Below the pieces are notes generated by a model. That model was not told the DNA's origin. It saw only the letters and a list, made by a program, of their open reading frames with translations, and ran no database searches. Below are positions 10,020-18,091 of a stretch of 64,000 nt of DNA, one piece after another. Made by a program: the position numbers and the translations under genes. The stretch is taken from NCBI GenBank assembly GCA_963771705.1, contig CAVYUP010000004.1, positions 126,656-190,655 of the forward strand, read 5' to 3'. This DNA is from an uncultured Bacteroidota bacterium. Its GTDB lineage: Bacteria; Bacteroidota; Ignavibacteria; Ignavibacteriales; Ignavibacteriaceae. How positions within the stretch are numbered: the stretch's first letter is position 1; each line of letters opens with the position of its first letter.

Positions 10020-11033
10020 ATGGATGAGGGAAAAATGTTAGATTCCGCACTTCGTGCTTTACGGGAAGTTCTTCATTTATCACCCGAAGATAAAGTGCTT
10101 ACTCTTTACGACGTACATTCGCAAAATATAGCCGATGCTTTTATAAAAGCAGCTGAATCCGAAAACTGTGAAACAGATTCATACCTGATTGATGAAGAAA
10201 ATCGTCCCCTGCAGGAAATTCCACCTGAACTTGCTGTATTGTTACCCGGAAAGACCATAGTGCTGAACATTCTGAGAGCATTTCCTGATGAAATAAATTT
10301 CAGGATCAGCTGGTTACTCAGGGTGGAGGAGAATAAAAATATAAAATGTGCCCATATGCCCGGTATTACAGAAGAAATGATGACAGAGGGAGCGATGGAT
10401 GTTGATTATTCAGAGATGCTGGAAAAAGCAGTAGTCCTAATAGATGCATTGAAAGAAGCTGTATCACTTCACATCACTACTGAAAATGGTACAGACCTGA
10501 CCCTGGGTATTAAAAACAGAGTATTCTCACATGATGTTTTTGTTAATCCCGGCGCAAATTGCAATCTGCCCTGTGGAGAAATTTACTGCGCTCCCGAGGA
10601 AACAAAAGCTGATGGAGTGGTTACTTTTGATGCCAGCATAGGAGATATAGGAACCCTCGATTATCCTCTTAAAGCACATCTTGAGAATGGAAAGGTTACT
10701 TCGTTTGAAAGTGAAGATTCCGACCTAGTAAGCCGGATTGAAATGCTTTCCTCTGTTGATGAGGAGGCGAGGATAATCGGAGAACTCGGTATAGGTATCA
10801 ACCCGGGGGCAAGGATAACAGGCAATATGCTTGAAGACGAAAAGGCATTGCATACGGCACATATTGCATTCGGCAACAATGCTGACTTTCCCGGAGGCGG
10901 TGAGAATCATTCAGCAATTCACAGGGATTATCTCTTTTACAGACCGACTATAGATGCATTATTTGAGGATGGCTCGAGACGCCTCATTATGGATAGCGGG
11001 GAATTAATTTCGGGCTACGAAAAAGCCAGGTAA
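10020..11033 (+). CDS. M29-family aminopeptidase (aminopeptidase T/AmpS-like), short form
   Basis: The pattern NLPCGEIYCAPEE ... HIAFGNN ... HRDY is characteristic of thermophilic metalloprotease M29. Strong aaggagga RBS. Confidence 0.75.
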   Translation: MDEGKMLDSALRALREVLHLSPEDKVLTLYDVHSQNIADAFIKAAESENCETDSYLIDEENRPLQEIPPELAVLLPGKTIVLNILRAFPDEINFRISWLLRVEENKNIKCAHMPGITEEMMTEGAMDVDYSEMLEKAVVLIDALKEAVSLHITTENGTDLTLGIKNRVFSHDVFVNPGANCNLPCGEIYCAPEETKADGVVTFDASIGDIGTLDYPLKAHLENGKVTSFESEDSDLVSRIEMLSSVDEEARIIGELGIGINPGARITGNMLEDEKALHTAHIAFGNNADFPGGGENHSAIHRDYLFYRPTIDALFEDGSRRLIMDSGELISGYEKAR

Positions 11034-11156
11034 ATAAATCAGGTGTTCAGATATTTCGGGGAACCGGAAGCATTTCCAGCCGATTCGCCTTTATCAATAT
11101 TTATGTAACCGCTCTGTATTATATTAGGCACCGAAATTATAACAGACAGTTAGTGA

Positions 11157-12482
11157 ATGAATTCCCCGAAGAGTCAACTTAAACTGGCATTCCGCGCATT
11201 AAGCCACAAAAACTTCAGGCTGTTTGTATCAGGACAAAGTCTGTCGCTGATAGGAACATGGATTCAGCAGGTAGCGGTAACCTGGCTTGTATACCGTCTA
11301 ACCAATTCCGCGCTGATGCTGGGAATCGTAGGATTCTCAGGACAGCTGCCTTTGTTTGTGATTGCTCCTTTTGCCGGTGTACTGGCTGACAAATCGAACA
11401 GGCATAAACTGCTTCTTTATACCCAGGCACTTGCTCTTCTGCAGGCTCTTATTTTATCTTTTCTTGTCTTCACCGAAGCAATTCAGATATGGCAGCTTAT
11501 AGTTCTCAGTGTAATCCTGGGAATTATAAATGCGTTTGATATGCCGGTGCGGCAGGCGTTTGTTGTAGAGATGATAGACAACAAGAAGGAAGACCTGGGG
11601 AATGCTATTGCTTTTAATTCATCGATGGTAAATGCGGCAAGACTTGTTGGTCCCTCCATCGCGGGAATACTGATTGCCACGGTAGGGGAAGGATGGTGTT
11701 TCCTGATCAACGCTATAAGCTTCCTCGCGGTTGTTATATCATTACTGAAAATGAAAGTTGAACCTCTGGTTTTTAAGCCGCACCAGGCTAAAGTTTTCAA
11801 TCAGTTATCTGAGGGATTCAAATACACATTCGGCTTTGCGCCAATCCGGTACCTGATTACACTGCTTAGTATAGTAAGCCTGATGAGCACTTCCATAACC
11901 CTGCTGGCCCCTGTTATCGCAAAAGACTATCTGGGCGGAGGCGCGGATACATTCGGTTTCCTGATGAGCGCGTACGGTTCGGGAGCTTTGCTCGGAGCGT
12001 TTTACCTGCTCAATAAAAAGACAGTGCTGGGTCTCGGCAAGCTTATCGGTATAGCCGTTTCACTCTTCGGGATAAGTCTTATTGCATTCTCATTTTCACG
12101 GGCCTTTGTTATTTCAGCAGTTATAATGGCAGCGGCGGGACTCGGCATGATGCTGCACATTGCATCAACCAATACGCTTCTGCAAACATTATCGGAAGAA
12201 AGCAAAAGGGGGAGGGTGATGAGTTTTTTCTCTATGGCGTTCAGGGGTATGAGTCCTTTCGGAAGTATACTCGCAGGAGGACTGGGCAGCAGCATCGGAG
12301 CGCCGGGGGCAATTCTGGCCAGCGGTGCGGTATGTCTTACGAGTGCTGTGTTCTATCTTATTAAGCTGCCTCTGATAAGGGACATGGTAAGGCCCATATA
12401 CAGGAGTATGGGGATTCTGCCACAGATTGCCGAAGGGGTGGAACAGGCCACGAATCCCACCATTAAACCGGAAAATTACTGA
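11157..12482 (+). CDS. MFS transporter (EntS / transmembrane-secretion-effector-like)
   Basis: About 12 predicted TM helices. The N-terminal FRLFVSGQSLSLIGTWIQ and GVLADKSNRHKLL motifs are typical of MFS_3. Confidence 0.75.
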   Translation: MNSPKSQLKLAFRALSHKNFRLFVSGQSLSLIGTWIQQVAVTWLVYRLTNSALMLGIVGFSGQLPLFVIAPFAGVLADKSNRHKLLLYTQALALLQALILSFLVFTEAIQIWQLIVLSVILGIINAFDMPVRQAFVVEMIDNKKEDLGNAIAFNSSMVNAARLVGPSIAGILIATVGEGWCFLINAISFLAVVISLLKMKVEPLVFKPHQAKVFNQLSEGFKYTFGFAPIRYLITLLSIVSLMSTSITLLAPVIAKDYLGGGADTFGFLMSAYGSGALLGAFYLLNKKTVLGLGKLIGIAVSLFGISLIAFSFSRAFVISAVIMAAAGLGMMLHIASTNTLLQTLSEESKRGRVMSFFSMAFRGMSPFGSILAGGLGSSIGAPGAILASGAVCLTSAVFYLIKLPLIRDMVRPIYRSMGILPQIAEGVEQATNPTIKPENY

Positions 12483-12558
12483 GTTTATTCAATTCCAGAG
12501 CGGATCATTTAACGCTGCAAACCTGCATTATATACTAAACCTGACAAGGAAAGAGGGA

Positions 12559-13050
12559 CTAATCGGCGGCAGGGCTGATCATCTTTTCATAGCAGACGCT
12601 GTCAGGGTCATCTTTATGCTGCCCGTATGGTTTAATTTTAGTATAACCGAACTTTTCATAGAGATTCATTGCTTCAGGCTGCTTCAGACCTGTCTCAAGA
12701 ACTATTCTGCGGTAATTCATCTTTAAGGCAGTGTCCTCGAGATCTTTTAAGATCAGCTTTGATAATCCTCTCCCTCTAAACTCATCTTTTACAAACATCC
12801 TTTTTATCTCCGCGGTATGATCATCGAAATGTTTCAATGCACCGCAGGCTGCGGGAACTCCGTTTCCATCTACCGCGGCATAGAAAAGGAGCATATTTTT
12901 ATTTTCTCCGATAAATTCCTCTATGCTTCCCTTTCCATAGCGAAGCTCAAGGTCAGCGTGGAGAGAGGCTGACATTTCGGAAATTTCCCTGGAGTTATAC
13001 GGTATAGTTATAATACTATAGTTTAAGGTATTTATTTTTTCAGGTTTCAT
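12559..13050 (-). CDS. GNAT-family N-acetyltransferase
   Basis: Acetyl-CoA binding motif FVKDEFRGRGLSKLIL and a length of about 160 aa. Confidence 0.8.
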   Translation of the reverse strand: MKPEKINTLNYSIITIPYNSREISEMSASLHADLELRYGKGSIEEFIGENKNMLLFYAAVDGNGVPAACGALKHFDDHTAEIKRMFVKDEFRGRGLSKLILKDLEDTALKMNYRRIVLETGLKQPEAMNLYEKFGYTKIKPYGQHKDDPDSVCYEKMISPAAD

Positions 13051-13060
13051 CTTTTTATAC

Positions 13061-14395
13061 TCAGGTTAGTCCTTCCCGTGGAGTGCTGCGGTGGAGTATC
13101 CACCGGTAAAGCAGGAGCGCAACAGCGGCTGTTAATCCAATTACAGCGAAATAATACCAGATATAATGTGCATGATCATAAGCGTGAATCATTTGTTCGG
13201 GGGTAAGAAATTCAGGGTCAGGAGCATAAGCCGTAAGGAGATAGCCTGAGATTCCGAAGCCAAGAATTGACGAAAGAAAAGAATGAAGGTGACTGAAGCC
13301 AAGGTAGAGACCCTCCTCGCCCTTAGGCGCCTGAAGGGAGAAATACTCAAGATAGCGGGGAGAGATAAAACATTCCGCAAGTCCCTGCACCACTATCCCC
13401 GAAATCATCATCACCGTAACAGGATGGGCAGTAAACAGACCGAAAATAGAAACAGACTGACCCGTAAGAGATTCAAGCACGGGGCTTGAAGCCATCAGCA
13501 ATGCTGAAAGGGGCATGAGGAACATTCCCACCGTCATTGAGGAAACCGCTCTGACATTCTTCATAAGGTTAGTGATAAACACTACCGAAATCATAACGAC
13601 AAACGGGTTCACATTTGCAATCCACTCAGGTGAAGCATGTTCACCAACCGTTCGCAGCACATATTTCGGCATAGTCGCGTAAAGCTGATGCTGAATAATC
13701 CAGAAGCCGGTCACAATTAAAATTAATATAAGAAGCCGGACATTTGTTACAACACGAACAAAACCTCTCCATGCTTCACCGAAAGTTTTGCCTTCACCAT
13801 CCACATTAACATTTTTATAAAAGATATAAACAACTATCAGTGCAAGGACGGTCATTGAGGCAGCATAGAAATTTATTGATTCAACACCCCAGGTGAGGCG
13901 CAGAGGATAAGCAAAAGTTTTCCCGAGAAAAGCACCCACGTTAACCATTCCATAAAAAATTGAATAACCCCGCGCCCTGGTTTCCTCGTTAGTAGTTTTA
14001 GCAACTGTTCCAGTAATAATTGATTTAATAAACGAGCCGCCGAACATTAAAACGACAAGAGCGGGGAGAACCGCAACTTTATAGGGGAGTGCGCCGAGTG
14101 TAAAATAGCCGATAGTTAAAAGGCTGAAGGCAAGGAGGATAGCATTCCTAAAGCCTATTTTATCAGCGTATGCTCCGGTAAAAGGGGGAAGGAAGTACAA
14201 TCCCGCGGCAAAGATACCGCCGATCCAACCTGCTTCGATATCATCAAATCCCACAACCCTTGAAAGGTAGAGGGTGATAGCAATGAAGACGGCATAGTAA
14301 GCCGCGCGTTCAAACAGTTCTACAAGATTTGCTGTCCAGAAGGCACCCGGAAAGCTCCACGATGCTTTAGGTTTCTTAATATTTTTTTCGGTCAA
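13061..14395 (-). CDS. Proton-dependent oligopeptide transporter (POT/PTR2 family)
   Basis: ExxERxxYY motif (ELFERAAYYAV) and GAYADKIGFR motif in a multi-TM protein. Start codon is TTG. Confidence 0.75.
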   Translation of the reverse strand: MTEKNIKKPKASWSFPGAFWTANLVELFERAAYYAVFIAITLYLSRVVGFDDIEAGWIGGIFAAGLYFLPPFTGAYADKIGFRNAILLAFSLLTIGYFTLGALPYKVAVLPALVVLMFGGSFIKSIITGTVAKTTNEETRARGYSIFYGMVNVGAFLGKTFAYPLRLTWGVESINFYAASMTVLALIVVYIFYKNVNVDGEGKTFGEAWRGFVRVVTNVRLLILILIVTGFWIIQHQLYATMPKYVLRTVGEHASPEWIANVNPFVVMISVVFITNLMKNVRAVSSMTVGMFLMPLSALLMASSPVLESLTGQSVSIFGLFTAHPVTVMMISGIVVQGLAECFISPRYLEYFSLQAPKGEEGLYLGFSHLHSFLSSILGFGISGYLLTAYAPDPEFLTPEQMIHAYDHAHYIWYYFAVIGLTAAVALLLYRWILHRSTPREGLT

Positions 14396-14511
14396 ACTTT
14401 TATACCCGGTTAATTTGTGAAAAAAATTTCCACAAAATTAAGAAATATCGGGACAGTTAAAAGTTTAAACCGGCTATACGTCTATAATTCACTGATATCA
14501 GGAATAGATCT

Positions 14512-15396
14512 TCAGCGGGAATCGAAGAAACGGGAGTCATCATAATGCTTATGGCTATAATAATCAGCATCCTTTTCTCCCTGAACATTTCTTTTTAGGG
14601 AATTCTGCAGAGTGTTCTCGTAATTTCGGTCAATTTCTCCTCCAGGATAAACAGGATAAGTCTCCAGGTCTTTATCATTTATATTTACAAGCACCCTTTT
14701 CTGCTGAAAAGAGAGAGAAGCCAGGCCGATAGGCAGAAGGTAATTTCGTCCCGGTACATTTGTATCAATATCGAGGTATCTTATTTTATTTTTTCTTCTA
14801 TCGACAATAAGCTCATTAATCTTTCCGAGCTTTGTATTATCAGAAGTTATTACCTCCCATCCTCTTATGTCGGGATTTTGTCCCAGCACTTCCGACTTAT
14901 CAAGTTCCTCAAGTCTGAAGAGGTTCCGGTTCCTTGCTCTGTAGAATCTGCTGTCATCATAGAGGGGGTCATTATAAAAATCTTCTTTTGTTTCAGAGTC
15001 ATAATCAGGGTTGAGAGTTCTTCTAAGATCCCTTTCATAATCTCTGCTGATCGAACCTCCCTGATAGGCAGGCAGCTTCAGCAAAGTAACAGTCTCGATA
15101 TCCCCAACCCTCACGACATCATCCCTGCTTTCGAGTTCAGCAGCACCAATAGGTATCAGCAGGTGTCTTTCATCCGTTCCTACATCACTAATCTCATCAT
15201 TTATATTTACATCGAGATAACGGACTTTCATCGCGTCGAGATCAACGATCATTTCATTTACCTTGCCAATAATCTTCTTATCGGCGCTCACAACATTCCA
15301 GCCTCTCACATCGGGATCTCTGTCTGCAACCTCATAATCGGTAAGCTCAGACAACCTGTATAAACCGGGCTCCAATCGTTTTTCATCGGAACTCAT
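14512..15396 (-). CDS. Tandem PRC-barrel domain protein
   Basis: Two internally duplicated modules of about 140 aa: '..DpDvRGWnV.s.d...iGKvnEmIVD....KvRYLDv' ... 'LlPIG.a.l' ... 'YddSRF'. Confidence 0.7.
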   Translation of the reverse strand: MSSDEKRLEPGLYRLSELTDYEVADRDPDVRGWNVVSADKKIIGKVNEMIVDLDAMKVRYLDVNINDEISDVGTDERHLLIPIGAAELESRDDVVRVGDIETVTLLKLPAYQGGSISRDYERDLRRTLNPDYDSETKEDFYNDPLYDDSRFYRARNRNLFRLEELDKSEVLGQNPDIRGWEVITSDNTKLGKINELIVDRRKNKIRYLDIDTNVPGRNYLLPIGLASLSFQQKRVLVNINDKDLETYPVYPGGEIDRNYENTLQNSLKRNVQGEKDADYYSHKHYDDSRFFDSR

Positions 15397-15411
15397 TTTA
15401 ACCTCCTATTT

Positions 15412-16050
15412 TTAATAGCTTCTTTTATTCAGAGAATACTCACGGGACAATTTTATATGCTGAAGAGCGTTTCCTGCCTGAGCGAAAAATTCTTTTATTT
15501 TAGGCAGCTGACTTTCCAGTGTTTTATTCGTATCTATCTGCGACTCGATACGGCTTAATCCCGATGCTCCTATATTCTGTTGAGACACAGTGGAACCCGG
15601 AAATGATGCTATAGCATTAACAGCCACGGAAAACGCTGGTTTAACCTGGCCAAGGTAGTTCCGTGCAGCAGTATCGATTTTTACTATAGTTCTGTCGAGC
15701 GAATCAATGTTCTTACTTGCCTGATCTGTGACGGAATCTGTGCGGTCGGCTACATAGCTTAAGGCGGACTGCAGTTTAATAAGTCCTTCTTCCGTATAAC
15801 GTTTAGGGGTAAAACTCTGTGTTGTGTCCCTTGAATATTCTATAAACTCCTGAACTTCATTTGAAGTATCAACCGGAGTACGGTATCGTTCGCTGGTGTA
15901 TGTGCTGTCGCCAGGAAGCGCTCCATTTTCATTATTTCCAGGCATATAAACGTAAGTAAGCATAAACCATATGAATCCGGCGAGAATTATAATTCCTACT
16001 ATCCACGGCCAGGGAGAACGCTGTCTCCTCTGGATTTTAATTTCTGCCAT
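15412..16050 (-). CDS. Hypothetical single-pass membrane protein
   Basis: N-terminal TM (WPWIVGIIILAGFIWFMLTYVY) followed by a helical soluble part. It lies 15 nt upstream of the PRC-barrel gene on the same strand. I recognise no family. Confidence 0.5.
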   Translation of the reverse strand: MAEIKIQRRQRSPWPWIVGIIILAGFIWFMLTYVYMPGNNENGALPGDSTYTSERYRTPVDTSNEVQEFIEYSRDTTQSFTPKRYTEEGLIKLQSALSYVADRTDSVTDQASKNIDSLDRTIVKIDTAARNYLGQVKPAFSVAVNAIASFPGSTVSQQNIGASGLSRIESQIDTNKTLESQLPKIKEFFAQAGNALQHIKLSREYSLNKRSY

Positions 16051-16132
16051 AATTATCCTCTGATATTCAAGAGAAAGATGTCAATTTTATTAAAGATTAG
16101 GAATGATGATGAACACGGGGAGAGGGAAATTA

Positions 16133-16164
16133 CAAAAACGCAAAATTGCAAAAACGCAAAATTG
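16133..16164. repeat. Perfect 16-bp tandem direct repeat (caaaaacgcaaaattg x2) in the divergent promoter region upstream of hydF
   Basis: Read directly: positions 16133-16148 are identical to 16149-16164. Confidence 0.9.
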
Positions 16165-16355
16165 CAGAGGGGAGCGTGATACAATACATACCGGCTTTCT
16201 TATTTAAGAGAATTGGCTTTTCGAAAAGAGAAATTCACTATATAAAGATTCAACACTATTTTAAGCTCAATATTTAAGTTTTAGTGTAAAAATATGATTC
16301 TATTAATAGTTAATGGTGGAACGCTTTTTGACCTTTGTTAATTCAAGGAGAGATT

Positions 16356-17591
16356 ATGCGCGACGAAAAAGAGGAGAGACAAAAGAAAATAGTGTTTGCC
16401 GGCCGCCGGAACGTCGGGAAATCATCCCTTGTTAACGTTTTCCTGGGAAGGGATTTGAGTGTTGTAAGCGAAGCACCCGGGACAACAACCGACCCTGTGA
16501 AAAATACAATGGAACTTCTTCCATACGGATCTGTTCTTCTCATAGATACAGCGGGAATAGACGACGACGGAGAACTTGGAAGCAGAAGGATAAGCAGAAC
16601 CATCAAAGATATTTCAGGGGCGGATTTTGCAGTAGTAGTTATAGACGCAACGCGGACATTATCCACCGAAGAATATGAACTACTGAACTACCTTGATAAA
16701 ATATCGGTACCTTTCGTTATAGCTGCCAATAAAATCGAACTTGGAATTAATCCAGCCCTTCTTGAAGAAATAAAACAGCTTAGCGCCGTTCATTATGAAA
16801 TATCGTGTAAGCTGGGGGTAGGAATTGAATCGCTGAAGAGAAAAGTAATAAGGGCCCTTCCTCCGGATAATGACCCTGCTCTGATAGGTGACCTTATAAG
16901 CAAGGGGGATATGGTGGTGCTGGTTGTTCCGGACGACCTTGGAATTCCAAAGAACAGGCTGATGCTGCCTCATGTGCAGACAATAAGGGAAGCTCTCGAT
17001 AAAGATACTTTGGTGCTGACAGTAAAAGAAAAAGAACTAGCCGCAGCTTTAGTCTCCCTGAAATCCAAACCTGACCTAGTTATTTCCGACAGTCAGGCCA
17101 TAGTTCGTGCAGCTGAAAAAGTTTCGGCCGATACCAGGATTACCACATTTTCCATTCTAACGGCAAGATACAAGGGAGACCTTAAAGCGTTCATTAAAGG
17201 ATTAAAAAGAATCGATGAATTAAAAGACGGCGATAAAGTACTTATTGCCGAGGCTTGCTGTCATCATGACCCTGTGGATGATACAGCGAAGATTAAGATA
17301 CCGGAGTGGCTGTTAAATCACACGAAGAAAAAACTGGTAATCGATTTCTCACAGGGCTCGGAATTACCTGAAAATATCTCTCAATACAGACTTATCATTC
17401 ACTGTAATTCCTGTATGCTGTCGAGGAAGATGACACAGATTCGGCTAAATGAAGCAAGGCTAATGGATGTTCCTGTAGTTAATTACGGAGTAATTATGTC
17501 GTACATGTACGGGGCTGTTCCCAGAGCCCTCCGTCCTTTCAGTGAAGCAATCCGTGAATGGGAAAAAAATGTTCAAAAAACTTATGCATAG
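16356..17591 (+). CDS. hydF: [FeFe]-hydrogenase H-cluster maturation GTPase HydF
   Basis: P-loop GRRNVGKSSL, DTAG, NKIE GTPase motifs, plus C-terminal CCHHD ... HCNSC cluster-binding motifs. The ATG at 16356 is preceded by an aaggagag RBS; the ORF-track TTG at 16335 is unlikely. Confidence 0.85.
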   Translation: MRDEKEERQKKIVFAGRRNVGKSSLVNVFLGRDLSVVSEAPGTTTDPVKNTMELLPYGSVLLIDTAGIDDDGELGSRRISRTIKDISGADFAVVVIDATRTLSTEEYELLNYLDKISVPFVIAANKIELGINPALLEEIKQLSAVHYEISCKLGVGIESLKRKVIRALPPDNDPALIGDLISKGDMVVLVVPDDLGIPKNRLMLPHVQTIREALDKDTLVLTVKEKELAAALVSLKSKPDLVISDSQAIVRAAEKVSADTRITTFSILTARYKGDLKAFIKGLKRIDELKDGDKVLIAEACCHHDPVDDTAKIKIPEWLLNHTKKKLVIDFSQGSELPENISQYRLIIHCNSCMLSRKMTQIRLNEARLMDVPVVNYGVIMSYMYGAVPRALRPFSEAIREWEKNVQKTYA

Positions 17592-17602
17592 TCAAATTCA
17601 TT

Positions 17603-18091
17603 ATGGAAAATACAATTTTAGAAAAATATGTACCGGAAGACAAAAGCAGCCTTATACCAATTTTACAGGACATACAAGAGAAATATGGGTACCTTCCTGA
17701 ATATGAACTGCAGAAAGCTGCCGATTTTGTTGGTATACCTTTAAGTCGTGTTTACGGCGTAGCAACTTTTTATAATCAGTTCAGACTAATACCTCTCGGC
17801 GAGAATGTAATAAAAGTATGCCGGGGAACCGCCTGCCATGTAAAGAGTTCCGCGAACGTGCTTTATGCCATTGAATCCGCTCTGAAAATTAAAGCCGGAG
17901 AGACCACGAGGGATAAAAAATTCACCATTGAAGTTGTCAACTGCATCGGCGCCTGCAGCATTGCCCCTGTAATAACAATAAATAATGAATATTACGGAAG
18001 GCTTACAGTTAAAGATATTCCCGGTTTATTAAAGAAGTTCAACAAGCCGAAAGTAAAGAATGAGGAAGCTGTTCCGGAGGCGGCCTTATGA
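17603..18091 (+). CDS. NuoE/HydC-like [2Fe-2S] thioredoxin-fold subunit (hydrogenase set 1)
   Basis: Cys pattern CRGTAC ... CIGACSIAP. It lies 12 nt after hydF. The stop overlaps the next start (ATGA). Confidence 0.85.
   Translation: MENTILEKYVPEDKSSLIPILQDIQEKYGYLPEYELQKAADFVGIPLSRVYGVATFYNQFRLIPLGENVIKVCRGTACHVKSSANVLYAIESALKIKAGETTRDKKFTIEVVNCIGACSIAPVITINNEYYGRLTVKDIPGLLKKFNKPKVKNEEAVPEAAL

Noticed and set aside
16317-16331. Sigma-54-like promoter (TGGAACG-N4-TTGA) 25 nt upstream of the hydF ATG
   Set aside because: The -24 GG is present but the essential -12 GC is GA. No AAA+ enhancer-binding protein is encoded in the cluster. The implied leader would be only about 14 nt.
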